Below, piece after piece: positions 47,901 to 60,723 of a DNA stretch of 64,000 nt. A program made the translations under genes and the position numbers. The DNA comes from Balanoglossus misakiensis. Its lineage: Eukaryota > Animalia > Hemichordata. The notes beneath the pieces were generated by a model that was not told the DNA's origin, made no database searches, and saw nothing but the letters and a program-made list of their open reading frames with translations. Position 1 is the first letter of the stretch; each line of letters starts with the position of its first letter. The stretch spans positions 3,316,902-3,380,901 of the forward strand of contig CM082585.2 in assembly GCA_040954595.2 (NCBI GenBank), read 5' to 3'.

Positions 47901-50900
47901 AAAGGAAAAACCAAAAGAAATGACAAAACTTTCAATTTTAATGAACATACCGTAGATTCTTAAATCATGCAGATTTTTTGGAATGACAGAAATATGTCAG
48001 TGAAGTTCATGCATGCATACACTATATAAAAGGATATGTTATATTTGAAACTTCAAGGCAACAATAGTGTACATTTGTCAGTAACATATTAGTAGACCAA
48101 TGACAGCTAGAGTATGTCATGGCCCAAGCACAAAAAGTCACGAAAGGGTACTCATGGTATGACATTTGATTATCTTCAGATCATAGTAGGCAATGGTTCA
48201 TATGAAACCAATGGAAATCCATGTTTTTCGATTTTTAAGTGCATTATGCCCAAAAATGTTTGTAGGTTCATGCCATTCAATTAAGACCCACTCCCTGTGA
48301 CCAATGACTTCCTTTGTAAGTAGTTATAAAGAGCTGTATTCTCAAATTCCCTTGCCTGTCAATAAACAGTTTTATTGGTAAAACATATTGGCATCCTCAA
48401 GCAGCAGGGACCAGAGTTGAAGTTTGCAATAATGTGCATAGGTCAATAAAGGTCAATTACAAATGTAAGTCCTCTATTCATTGAGAATGCAATCTTGCAA
48501 CATAATAAAAGCTTATCACTAAACGGCAAATAGTAAGGATATTGTACGTCATCCGCACAATACGATTTCTCCTTGTTATTAAAGTGATGAAATGTGCCGG
48601 TCTATTGAAATCTGTAGTATTGGTCAGGGAAACTTAAAATCTGGGCACAGTCAAAATTTATCAGTGGGAAGTATTATACAGCGGAACATACATCCAAAGA
48701 AAATAGGTCCTACCTACTATATATGTCAGTTCCTTTCTATAGTTTCATTCAAGATTTATTAAATTTTATTCAAGTTTATAAAGTGTGTGAGAAATCACAC
48801 GCTACTCATGACTTTAGAATGGAAAATGGTCAGACTGGATTATTTATTCACAAATATTAAACAAACAAAATGATTTGCACACACTGCTTCTGCATATGTT
48901 GTACTGGTCAAAAGAGGAACGACCACATCTAAATCTGTCTATGCTCTCACACACCGGTAATCTATGGTTTGTGAATGCAACACTAAGGTTCTTCAAACAT
49001 ACAGTAAAACCTGTCTAAACCAAACACCAAAGGTACTAAAGAAATTGTTCAGTTTGCAGGTGTCTGGTTTATAGTGAATACCTATTGCCTGGCCATGAGG
49101 GCCATAGCGGCCGTTTATTACCCACGAGGGGCTGTGAGTTACCAGAATCACATTCTATTTCCCGAGGCCGCAGGCCGAGGGAAATAGCATGTGATTCTGG
49201 TAACTCACAGTCACGAGGGGGTAAAAACGGCTGCTATGGCCCGAATATAGGCCAGGCTATAGGTGTTTTATAATAAACCTCATGCTAACAGCTGGGAAAA
49301 TCTTGCAATTTTCTCTTGAGGTTGGCAGACGACATCTTCCGCGGTGGCCATTGTGTCAAATGAAGCGACACTGATTGACGTGACCGAGTCTGCGCACTCA
49401 CGCTGGTCATGTGACGGGTTTATATTTTTTCTGCTATTTCCCTAGCGGTTCATAGTCGATTCTATTTTCCTATCACGTGACGGATTCTGGCGAATCACGG
49501 CACAGTATTAGCATGAGGTATATTATAATGGTTCTTATAACATGTACGTGATTTTATTGGGGACTGTAAAATGTGTACGGTATAGACAGGTTTCCAGATT
49601 AGACAGGGTTCAGTTAAGACAGGTTTTACTGTACTTGAAAGGATATTGCTTTTGATACTAATACAATGCAGCCAACCTTATAATTTCTAAATGACTTCAA
49701 CTAATATCCTGAGAAACATATTGGTAATTATATCAACATAAAACAAAGAGTAAATTTACCTGTGTTCTGTGAGAAACGCAGTGTCCATGGTCCATACACA
49801 TCATGCCATCAGGTGCATGTGGATATTGGCAATCATGAGGTTTTACTGTAACATTCAGTCTCAAACCAAACCTACACTGAAATAATTTACTTTCTGAAAC
49901 AGCTGCAAGACAATAAGATATTGACAAAATTATAGTTATACACCCTTATAATAATGTTCTTTAGATTTATATAACATAATATGATATGTTTGTTGTAAAG
50001 CGCCTTGATCACGAAACATTGTGGATATGTGCACTATATAAGAACGCACTATTATTACTCACTAGTATAATAGAGCTGATGCTTCTATATAATTCAATAA
50101 AAAGGGTCCACAACTATGCATGTTTTTGTGATGGTTGCAAACTTTAATTTAATGTGTCACCAAAATGTGACTCTCTGGAAACATACATATACCGGTAGGC
50201 TGACAATAGTCTCAAGGTGAAAACTGATCACATAAGCTAGCTATAAACTACATGTATTCAGTCTGTAGTAGCTAAACATTATTGAAGCATTTTTAATGTA
50301 TTGTCCACAGATATGGAAATGTTTACCTGGGAGATAATGGCATATACATTTGGTTTAGTGGTTTTATGTTAACAGCTAGTGTACACAGTACAATGCAATA
50401 TGCAAATAGAATACTTAATTTTAGTAAAACACCCCAAACAGACACTTGCAATGTTTCAATAAAAAATCCTAATAGCATACAAGAGAATGTTGCACCCATC
50501 ATCATTCTGTCAAATTTAAAAAAAGTAGATTCTACTGTTTTCAAATAACAACTGTCAACGGCTAATATGGCACATGGTGACAGAGTGATCACAGTAGTCC
50601 TTTGGGCCGTTTGTAAAGAAATGACAATACTTTCAATTTTACTGAACGTACATCCTTAATCTAGTAGATGACTACAACAAATATGCAGGACTGAAGCTGA
50701 ATGAAGATAAAGGGCATGAAATTAGGATTCTGGAAGCATGCAACAAATTATGGGTGTATTTCGTGGCCTAATAAACCTATAAAGGCATTTAATAGGTATC
50801 TATTTCGGGCATGATTAACAAAGAGCTGTAGAAGCTGAATTGCAAAAGGAAGCTAAAAATATTCCAACAATGTTGGAATCTTGGGGAAGGCCTCTATCAT

Positions 50901-53900
50901 AGTTTGGGAAATTGTTTCTGGTGCGTTGATGATAGAAATGTATCTTACAGAAAACAGCTAAGGTTTTCTTTGATTTTAAGACAGGTTTTCTTTGATTTTA
51001 AATAGGACAGAAAACAGGGAAAAGTTAATAGTCTATAATAAATAATCTAGAGAGGTGTTCAGATGATAGACACTGAGTCTACGATAAGGCTCTCAAAAGT
51101 TGATGGGCCCTAGAATTGTCAAAACTGGAGTTGAAATTTGGAGGGCTAGTCAATTGACATTATGTCATGACTCTGGAGTCTACTCTAATGGACAGACAGC
51201 TGTCACACGAAGGATCTAAGGTACTTCATGGCAAAGGAGACTATCCCCTGACACATAAATAACATCTTTGCTAGAATTACAAAAGACAGTCTAGCCCTGA
51301 CTGGCAATGCCATGCAGAGCAAGCTGTTTCCGTTTTTTCTATATTCTTCAAAAGTAGTGAGAGTTCAACAAAATCATTTGGTAAAACTGTTTTCAAATGC
51401 ATTGGTCCTGGAACACAGTCACTACCTTTTATTCCAAAATTTTGCTTTCAAACATGTAAATACCTGGAAAAACTTACAGTAAGAGAGTGTTCATGATCAC
51501 CATTTTGAAATCTCACAGAATTTGGGGAAAATCCCAAAAATTGCAGGTGGACTACTCCATAATTGTTGCTTATATAGCTAACCTAGTGCCCGGCTAAATT
51601 ATCGAGATTTCGCTGCTTGACAGCCTTTCTTTCTATCTAGAAGATATAGATTCTGCGCTTTGTTAATAATATTTCTTACCTAGGCCTGCATGAAGTTTAT
51701 ATTATTTGAACATTCACATTTCACACCCATTAAATAATAATTGTCTGTGCAATATCTTGTTTCATTTTACATGAAAAAAATACTGAACGTGTAAGAAAAT
51801 ACCCAAGATAAAAAAAAATCATATTAAGTGTAGGCAAGGCTTGTATATACCGTCTCAAATTCTATATGGAGATTGAATTATACATGTATTATCAATTAAA
51901 AATATGCTAAAATGTTACATGTATTGGTGTTATAAAGCTACATTGCCACGGCGCTTTTATTAATGAGAGTTTCAAAACTCAAAAACTCTCACAAAATTTT
52001 CTTAAATATATTCATATTCTTTAATGAATTATGTCTACAAATTGATTAAAGGGACATTAGCTGTAACTTTCAGCTTTATTTTCAGTATTTTTGTTCTCAG
52101 TTCCAATTTTGATTTCTTATTCTAGTCCCAACAGCATGCTAATATACCCAAAAACTTATCAACATATACCGGTATGTGTAACTGCCATTGTTTTTGTTGA
52201 CAAATGAATTCTCTGGACTAGCAAATAATTTTTGCACAATATACAGTGTGGAATACAGGCCTCGAAAATTTTTTTCATAACCCACTTGCCATCGGGCAAG
52301 CAAATTTTCAATTTCACTTGCCCCCCAAGAAAAGTGACTTGCCCCAACCTTTCACCATGAAAGACAACATTTACGCACTAATAAGTTTACATGCATGCAT
52401 GCATACATACATACATGTCATATTTTATTCAAACACATTACAATAAAGTTTTTCTGTTTACACATTCATGCAGTTTCATGCCTAACAGTTATTTCTGGAT
52501 CTCTGAAGTACCAGCACTAGCTGAACTATGAAGGCCATGTCCACGTACATGTTTGGTACCCCCACTACTAAGCCAATGTTCTATGGCTGGATCAGCATCA
52601 AAATTTGCAACAGACGAGTTTGGGTCCCGGTTTTTGACGGGAGGACAAATTCTCGATGGTCAGATCGACCGACTCCAAACCCCGTTTGATCGCACCATAA
52701 ACACCCAGAGCGTGCGAGTGTTCAGGTGCTTCAATGCTCACCATCACTGTCTTAGGTAGTCCGCCAGATACGTATCGCACAAACACGTTCTCTTGCTCAA
52801 TGATGCTTACGTCAGCGCTCCCATCAGCAAGTATAGAAACAAAGTTAGCCCGATGTATGTCTTCGATATGATTTCGTTTGATTACGGCAGCAATACTTCC
52901 AATAAACACGGCCGCGGCTTTATCATTATGGTAATTATTTCCGATTTCTGCTCCAATTTTGGTCAGTAACTCGCACTGGATATACATGTCCGACATCGGT
53001 TTTCCGTGTTTCGCCAGCATGAACGCGCATCCGCACTATCTCGTCGATAACGGGCTAAACATTCCAGATGCGGACGACCACTATCATGCGACTTCATTGA
53101 TTCCACGCGGAATATGTCGCAGCCATCGAAGAACGCATTCCGCTTTCCCATGGATTTTGCGATCGTCGGATACTTTAGGCAAACTTTACAGAACATTTTG
53201 TTTTCGCTGTAGGTAAGCCATGGCCACTGTTCCTCCCATTTCGGAAGGTAGTTTCTTTGGCGTTTGTCTGCATCGTAACGCTGATGCTTTGACCGTGCGT
53301 CACTTTCAGAAGCGCCCTCAGATTCAGAGAGGTCACGTCGTTTCTTTGAGTCAGTTGACCCAGATGCGTTCGATGAAAAATAACGCAAGAGACTCATGGC
53401 TGTTTTTCAAATCTCTGCCACCGTCGGCTTACGAGAGTCGTAACTGAATTTATTTTGAACCATTCTAATTTGAATTTGACTAGTTAGATCGACCATTTCA
53501 TTGGTTTTTCCAATAAAAATAGCAACTGCATCTAGCAATACGATTACGCGTAATTTGACAATGCAACAAAATCTGACAGTCGCCCATCACAATATTGCTA
53601 CACTGTATCATGACTTTATTGAAAAGAACTTTGAAAAAAATCAGTGGGCTCGTGTTTTGCATTCAAGCCGATTGCCAGCTGTGATAGCGGTAAACTCAAA
53701 GAAAGTTGACATTTCTGATAGCTGGGCATTAGCCACAACATGACCACGGTCTCCCTATCGCCGTGACACTTGCCCGTCGGGCGGCAGGAATTTTGATTTT
53801 ACTTGCCCGGACGTAAATTTCACTTGCCACGGGGGTCGGGCGGCGGGAATTTTCGAGCCCTGGGAATATACTTAAAGGTTGTGTCAATAAGTTGCATACT

Positions 53901-56209
53901 GGGCATTTTATCATGTTTCAGGGATTTGAACAAGAAACTGCAGTTAGATACACAAAACAAATGTACTGAAAACATAGCAAAAGTTATAGTTAGAAGGACA
54001 AAATCTCTCTTGCGGGCCTTTTTCTATTAATTATGTTTGATACAAGACACCGTTCATGTTATTCTACATGTACCTCAACATTCAACAACACACAACTTTC
54101 ATCCCCTTTTGTAGGATATCATTTGAGAGTAAAAATTCTGCTAAAATAAATACATGTAAATGGTAAACGTCAACACCGACTATTCATTTTGCCGAGATTT
54201 CACTATTGTGTCTACAACTTACAAGTTGGATGGAAGTTGTGTGTGGTCGAACGTTGATCACTATATATATCCACATGTATCCCCCCCCCCCCCCCCCCGG
54301 TAGACTAAAGGGTGTCTTGTATCAAATATAATTAATGGAAAAAGGGGCAGCGAGAGAGAGACTTTGTCCCTTTAATGGAGCTTTAAATGATCACTGACCT
54401 ATGAAGTAATTGGATCCCACAGCAAGGAACTGGTCATCTACAAGCACAGATTCTGAAGTGTACTCGGGGTTAATCGAAGAACCAAGATCAGCTTGACATA
54501 AATCAAAGCCTTCCACAGAGACTTTGTAATACTGGACACTAAAGGATACTCCCATATGGCCAGGAACAAACCTAGAAGAGAACAGAATTGTGAGATTCTG
54601 TATTTGTCTACATTGGAAAGATTACCCTTAAAGCCTCTATAGCTGCCAAATTTCACATTTATTTTCCTCAATAAAATACTTCAAAACTATTCCCTGTCTT
54701 TTAAAATCCTCACCATAAGGCATATTACTTGTATTTGCATCTGTTTGTCATCTCTTTGCGCCGCATAATACGATAGCTGCGTACTGTTAGTATGGAGGCT
54801 GATTAAATGGGTGTGGCACCCATTTAATATAAAGCGTGTTCAAATTGCAACATACACCCACAATCAGGCGCCGATAAGATGTTCATGTATACCTATCAGT
54901 AAGCTTATTTCGATATACCAATCTAAGTTGGAAACTAAAATCATAAAAATAATGCAAAAGTGGCAGCTCCATAGGCTTTAATACCAAAGCTACAGATCTG
55001 CTGAGAGCTGCAGATCCGATTCAGATCTATGTCAGCCAATCCACAGCGTACATGTATGCATGGTTGATCTCAGCTGTCCTTTGTTGGCTGCAGATCAAAT
55101 CGTCTCTCAGGGAATTTTTTCAAATGAGAAACAGTGATGACATTTCATAAGACCGCCAACAGCGCAGTCTGGGGTTGCAGAGTACCAGTAAAATACAGAT
55201 TGGGGGTGGGGTGGCAGACTATTGACTTCTGACCCCCTCACATAGGCTTCTTCTCCAGTATTTTTGGCTTCATTGGTATCGGTACATGCATTCTATTGAG
55301 TCGAGAGCTGACCAGATACTGACAGAAGAAGTGCAAAGATGCGATGCTGAATCGATTGTTTCGTATCAGACTGCCACAAAAGTAGAAGGAATAAATTATT
55401 ATTATTTGATTTATACATCATATGAAATATTTACCTCAACTTAACACCTTGTTGGATCTCTACTGGAGTCAGTTGGACATCAATTAAAACATCATCCGTT
55501 CCATTCACGCCAAAACAGCTTGTTTCCGAATTACAATTTTCCTGTGAGCATAATGTACAGTTAGAGATATATCATTATTTTAAATAAATTTTATTCTTGC
55601 AATTTATGGTTGATAGTTTAAAATATGATAAGTTTTTTTCTTGATCCCATGATGATGTATGGGATAAGATACAGGAATTGAATGTTATCATGCCATCGCT
55701 ATATCACAGAACACACACATACACACACATGTATGCACATCACTAACACCTAATACATCCTTACTAAAATTCATCACATAATAAACTTTATACATGCAGA
55801 GAATACTGTGCATACATTCATACCAGGAGAAGTAGAGGAAAACATAATGTAAAAAGTATATTATAATTGATGCATCGATCAAGTGTACCTTGAATACATG
55901 TACCGGTATAACTTTCAAATATCCAAGGATTCTTCTACATGGTAAATTATGAATGCTACATTACACGTAGTAGCATTATTTTTTAATCATTTACAATTTT
56001 CTCTCTCTCTCTAGCCAGAGTATCCCCTGCAAGGGTAGGTATTATCTTCAAACCCAGAACTAATTATACAGACTGAGAGATTCAATATAATTGATGAAAT
56101 GTTGCTGTTATCCTACCTTTCCATAACCCCATTCCACAGGTAAAATTGATCCAGTGAGATTGCTCATCCATAAAACTGCTCCTTCAGACAATTCTTGTTC
56201 ACAAAGTGG
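38848..56209 (-). CDS. DNER: EGF-repeat type I membrane protein: EYS-like N-terminal domain + 6 EGF + TM + DNER-like tail (5' exon(s) not identified)
   Basis: Exons in minus order: 56209-56117, 55541-55435, 54571-54399, 49902-49760, 47383-47119, 46025-45789, 42087-41959, 41313-41085, 38995-38848. All GT-AG, phases match, 1524 nt = 508 codons. Tail RPSVQAIYEITTVDYTSDPMEPLVASLKPKTV* resembles the vertebrate DNER tail. The symbol is a best-match label, not proven orthology. Confidence 0.75.
39570..40117 (-). pseudogene. Kolobok KolX-like (P2X7-ballast-like Cys-rich) gene remnant with TTAA-AGG end
   Basis: CEFCFCSQCVT..RQSWL joined directly to VRGLYPNLPGVSYVGH. Terminus CCGCCT|TTAA at 40117; opposite end not found. 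Confidence 0.4.
40481..40771. mobile_element. Kolobok-like MITE
   Basis: TTAA TSDs; ~25-bp TIR AG(G/C)..GTAGCTCGTCTCACACGCATG; internal peptide RRDKTRIYLYLAHEIWKEAK. Confidence 0.75.
41085..41313 (-). CDS. Transmembrane exon
   Basis: LYIVSGCLGTAFIIVIITMVVCVC hydrophobic helix; ttcaacag| acceptor, AA|gtaagt donor (phase 2). Confidence 0.85.
41959..42087 (-). CDS. EGF-repeat exon
   Basis: [43 protein letters not shown]; phase 1-1. Confidence 0.9.
42147..44931. mobile_element. Tc1/mariner(pogo)-like non-autonomous element with nested insertions
   Basis: 25-bp TIR CCGT(G/A)GTTGCTCGGGTAAGAGCCCC; TA TSD. Confidence 0.8.
43046..44876. mobile_element. Non-autonomous DNA transposon with 4-bp TSD (Academ-like?)
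   Basis: Perfect 16-bp TIR CAGTCAGATCGCACGG; TSD CTAA at 43042-43045 and 44877-44880. Superfamily guessed only from YR termini and TSD length. Confidence 0.7.
45605..45747. repeat. Long hairpin repeat
   Basis: gcaataaaacacccccagccatggtatacc... mirrored around the CGCTATCGCT centre. Confidence 0.8.
45789..46025 (-). CDS. EGF-repeat exon
   Basis: [25 protein letters not shown]...CKAGYT; phase 1-1. Confidence 0.9.
47119..47383 (-). CDS. EGF-repeat exon
   Basis: ASYRCECCLGFTNAYCDEIDGC...[28 protein letters not shown]; phase 0-1. Confidence 0.9.
49002..49631. mobile_element. Tigger/pogo-like MITE containing a family B insertion
   Basis: TA|CAGTAAAACCTGTCT ... AGACAGGTTTTACTG|TA. Confidence 0.75.
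49760..49902 (-). CDS. EYS/DNER-like gene exon (…CRFGLRLNVTVKPHDC…CMDHGHCVSHRTQ)
   Basis: tcttgcag| acceptor, CAG|gtaaat donor; phase 1-0. Confidence 0.8.
52256..53862 (-). mobile_element. hAT transposon relic with ZNF862-type transposase pseudogene
   Basis: 15-bp TIR CAGG(C/G)CTCGAAAATT; flanks share GGAATA (imperfect TSD). Minus ORFs 53397-52963 (TTF-type zinc finger WPWL..MFCKVC..H..H) and 53020-52598 (FVSILADGSAD..EQE..FVRY) are frameshifted and internally deleted. Inserted in a TTAA-AGGGACATTAG MITE starting at 52046 (sister copy 58424). Confidence 0.88.
54399..54571 (-). CDS. EYS/DNER-like gene exon (…YKVSVEGFDLC…LAVGSNYFI)
   Basis: ttctcttctag| acceptor, G|gtcagt donor; phase 2-1 bridges both neighbours exactly. 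Confidence 0.75.
54628..54981. mobile_element. Kolobok-like TTAA MITE (relatives near 38130-38320 and 40290-40480)
   Basis: TTAA|AGCCTCTATAGCTGCC ... GGCAGCTCCATAGGCT|TTAA. Confidence 0.65.
55435..55541 (-). CDS. EYS/DNER-like gene exon (ENCNSETSCFGVNGTDD...)
   Basis: cacag| acceptor, AG|gtaaat donor; phase 0-2. Confidence 0.7.
56117..56209 (-). CDS. EYS/DNER-like gene exon (PLCEQELSEGAVLW...VEWGYGK)
   Basis: Long pyrimidine tract, acceptor ttccatag|, donor AAG|gtagga; phase 0-0. Confidence 0.7.
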
Positions 56210-56570
56210 CTATGGAAAGAAGAAGAAGAGAATGATCAAAAACTAGCATTAGTTCTCCAAATTAAAGGGACAAAGTCTCTCTCTCGCTGCCTTTTTTCCA
56301 TTAATTATGTTTGACACAAGACACCATTTATGTTAATGTTCAACCACACACACCTTCCATCCCACTTGTAGACACGAGATTGAAAAACTCGCCAAAATGA
56401 ATAATTGGTGTTTACCATTTATTTATTTTGGCGAGATTTTTACTCTCATATCCTGTAATCAGGATGGAAGTTGTGTGTGGTTGAACGTTGATTCACTATA
56501 TAACCACATGTAGAATAACATTAACGGTGTCTTGTATCAAACATAATTAATGGGAAAGGGGCAGTCAGAG

Positions 56571-57154
56571 AAATCGCGTCAAGGACACGGTGGTCCCATT
56601 GAGGGATTACACAAGAAAAAGTCTACACCGGAGTACATGGCCATATACAGACAGACACACACATACACACATAGAGAGAGATCAATGGGCAAACACTGAC
56701 TGACCCATAAGCTGCCAATGGCATATGTACTGTACCAGTAAACTGAATAGAACAGCTGGCCTAAAAAGTTATGTAATCATGCAGGAATTTGCTGCGTATA
56801 TAAATCACAGGAGGGGGTTCCTGCCTAATTAAAACAACTCAATAAAGTAAAAACACACCACTTTGCAAAGCAATCTGACCAGTAGTTCTTTCAAGTTACT
56901 GAGTTTTGACAAAATTCACATTTTTCCAGCTAATTTCCATATTTTTGGCAATGACAACTTCATTTGAACAAACTCCCATCTACAGCCCAGCCTGCATCTG
57001 CACACCAAATATCAAGGTGATACACGCAGCGGTTTTCAAGTTTTTGATGTGGATGGACATACAGACATACATCCATCCATACATACATCCATACAGACGC
57101 AACTGATCCCATAAGGTGCCATGGTATAAATGCCTATACCAATGGGACCTAAAA
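56571..57154 (-). mobile_element. HINE-like element, copy 4 (short, reverse orientation)
   Basis: Reverse complement of both termini (gcgtcaaggacacggtggtcccatt ... ccaatgggacctaaaa) and a (CATA/CATC)n tract. Confidence 0.75.
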
Positions 57155-60100
57155 TTCGCCAAAATGAATAATCGGTGTTTACCATTTATTCATTTGGGTG
57201 AGATAATGTTTTCTCTCATATCTTATAAACGGGTTGAAAGTTGTGTGTGGTCGATATTGATTCACTATATATCCGCATTTAGAATAACATAAACGGTGTC
57301 TTGTATCCAAACATAATTAATGGAAAAGGGATGACAAGAGAGAGACTGTGTCCCTTTAAAAAGTTTTGATTTTCATTCAACCAAAATTTGTTTACTAGGG
57401 TAGTTCTGCGTGTAGCCCAGATCACTGAAAAGCCATAAAATTCCTGTACATGATACATGTATTTACTTAAAAGGAAAATGGTCTATCCATAAGTACTGGA
57501 CCAGTGATGGGAAAGTACCTATCAGTGTAATGTTTCGTCTTGAATGTATTTCGAGATATAAAATTGAGAAAGAATTGTGCAAAAGTAGGGACAGTGTACA
57601 TGTAGAAGCTTTTGCAAAGATTGCAGAGTATTGATAAATTCTTTAATTGCTATAGAGAGTATTTGTCCTGAAGATTTAGTGATATGAAACCTCCTGATAT
57701 TTTTTTAAATAAAAGAAAAAAAAGAGAAAGATGATTTTATCCCGTCTCCCAATGATGAGAAGATAATAGTAATGGCCTGGGAGTATTCATAGTATTTATT
57801 AAGTAGAGTTTGCACAGATAAGTTTTTGTCCAGGCAGGTAACTTTTTAATGGTACCAGCCCTGATGACTGTTTGCTATTTTCCACAAATTACAAATACCA
57901 TGGTAGATATAATCATCCTCATTTTTAAAGAGACAAAGTCTCTCTCTCGCTGCCCTTTTCCGTTAATTATGTTTGATACAAGACACCGTTTATGTTATTC
58001 TACATGTGGATATATAAGTGAATCAACGTTCGACATTCACACACACCTTCCATCCCACTTGTAGACACGAGAGTGAAAAACTCGCCAAAATGAATAATGG
58101 GTCTCTACCATTAATTCATTTTGGCATATCCTACAAATGAGATGGAAGTTGTGTGTGGTCGAACGTTGATTCACTATTTATCCACATGTAGAATAACATA
58201 AATGGTGTCTTATATCAAAGTATATAATTAATGGAAAAAGGGCAGCGAGAGAGAGACTTTGTCCCTTTAATCATAGGAGAAAATAAGCCTAGATGCTATG
58301 AATGAATAATTATACTATGGATGTAGTTTACAGATCCAAAATACTGCCACAGATTTGTAATCTATGTTTGAACAGAAGTATTGTATATTTTCAAGGTAAC
58401 TTTTAGCTTCCTTGCCACTGAAGTTAAAGGGACATTAGCCCGAACTTTTGGTTTTATTTTCTGTATTTTTGTTCTGTGTATCAAATAAAATTTCTTGGTC
58501 TACTCCAAACAGCATTCTAAGTTACCCAGTACAACATAGCCTGTGTAAAGGCCATTGTTATTGTTGACAAATTAATTCCAGTCCAGACTTGAATTCGAAT
58601 TTTGCACAATAATATTGCTGAACTATACACACATAGGTTGTGTCGATAAGCTGAATGCTCCAGGCATTTCATCGTGTTTCAGGAACAAGAAACTGCAGTA
58701 CATAGACAAAACAAAAATACTGAAAACACAGTTAAGTTTTTAGTAGAAATTACAATTTGTCTGTATTGGGTAAATTTAGTGAAAACATTTTTCTGTTTTC
58801 AGCAATCCAAATGAATATACAGTAGATAGTATTATAAGGTTGACAAATGTGTTTTTATATTTCTGATTGTCATAAATACCGGTATGATATCCAAATTTTT
58901 GTTCATATCCTGTTAAAATAATTTCATTCTAGAAGACAGCTCCTTATTTCACTGTCTATGACACATTTGTGAAAAAAAGGATGAGAAAATAGGGCTGCCC
59001 ATGTAACAGAATACTAGTATTAAAACAAATTGATGGTATCAAAAGATGCTTGAACATTCATCAAATGCAGCCATTAACCCCTCCAGACTCAATCTGTGCT
59101 GGACATCACCAGAAGTTTGCATGTATGGAGCTCCAAACGAGTGGAAATATAACACACATAGAGAGATCAAAACTTCCTTTTCTATTTAATACAAAAAGTT
59201 GACATATCCTGGATTGTTTTTATAATAGAAACATGAAACCAAAACTGACAATGAATGCAAACTGTTCTTCTTATCAGTGGATTTATCAGCGCCCTTTGAT
59301 ATAATATATCACACACAAAAACAGCCACTCGCGTACTAGTGCATGCATTGCATGGTTGACAGATCCTTTGACAGCCTTTCTATTTATTTTATGTTCAATA
59401 TGGAAAATGTCAGGTAGGTGAATGCATACATGGGTGTGTTGATGAAGCAATATTTACCTGTGACACGGATAGTGCCTTCCCATTTTTTCAGCCGAAATTT
59501 AACTAACATTGAGATCATGACACATTGACATTCAGATTGCTTTTGCTAAACACATTCAATGCAATCACTAAAATGCACCACTCAGCTTTCATCTTGCATC
59601 TTCACAGCAAAACATACACTCACTAACGATGAACGCAATTACCATAAATGTCCTCCATTGCGAGGTGCAGATGATTTGATCACATACGTTTACCGTATGA
59701 CGTACGTCATCAACAATCATGCAGTTGTCCAGACGTGAAATCTGATGTCAACAAATATGTTCAGAATATGCTTTCAAGATGACTTGTAAATTGCCCTAGA
59801 CATGATACAGCATAAAAAATACTTTATTTCTTCATAAGACAATATTTAGACTGCCAGGGTCACACAAAGCGGCAATTTTCAACAGTACTATTTATCAAAG
59901 GTACCAATAGTGGGATTTGAATACAGCCAGTGTAAGCTTATAATAGTTATAAGTTATACAAATGTCATGCATCACTTATAATTTTCACCTGTTTTTTTGT
60001 TTTTCAAATTCTACAAAACAAAAGGATAAAAAATTACTAGTTTCATTATGCAACACTAAATTTTCATAAATAGGCAAATTAAGATTCAATCGTGTAATGG

Positions 60101-60336
60101 AATAAATTTTAAAGATAATTAGACTGGATATTTTCCTGCCTTTCTGAACACTGGATGTGAGAGGCACGTTTTCTACTTTGTGTCCCATTATTCATTGAAC
60201 ACAAACATATTTATCAAATCCAATCACGTCTCACTCAGAAGCACGCATGACGAAAGAATTGAACCAGAAAACATCCTACAAGTTACAGCATCGACATCCA
60301 ATCTAGATTAAAATAATTTAGGACACCTATAGTTAA

Positions 60337-60723
60337 GGGGAGGGTCACCCAGGTTGATTTTTGCATAGATGTCTTCTGGGAAGTTGGTTAGCCATTACAA
60401 GTCATTTTCACCAAATACAATTCGCCCAGATTTGCTCAAATCAAAGAGAAAAAACATGAATTTACAGGGCTTCAAAATTGGGCATTCTGGGGGAAAAGCC
60501 CATGTCTGACTCAATGGTCAAGACAAAGATCATGCTGTACAATTCAATCACACTCGATGCTTTGGCACCCACAAGGCAATATTTCGAAGGTCTACAAATT
60601 CAGTTTCTATTCTTCGATTTTAGCAAAAACGGCCAACTTGTGGGTTGTGAAAACGACTTCTATAGTCTACCCAAATTCCCAGAAGACATAATATGCAAAA
60701 ATCACCCTTGGTGTCCCCTTCCT
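60337..60723. mobile_element. Kolobok-like TTAA MITE
   Basis: TTAA TSDs; ~45-bp imperfect TIR GGGGAGGGTCACCCAGGTTGATTTTTGCATA..TGTCTTCTGGGAA. Confidence 0.7.

Noticed and set aside
50327-50375. Candidate extra exon of the DNER-like gene (ccag|gtaaac donor)
   Set aside because: The only open frame exits in phase 2 and does not fit the next exon; 54399 joins 49902 directly.
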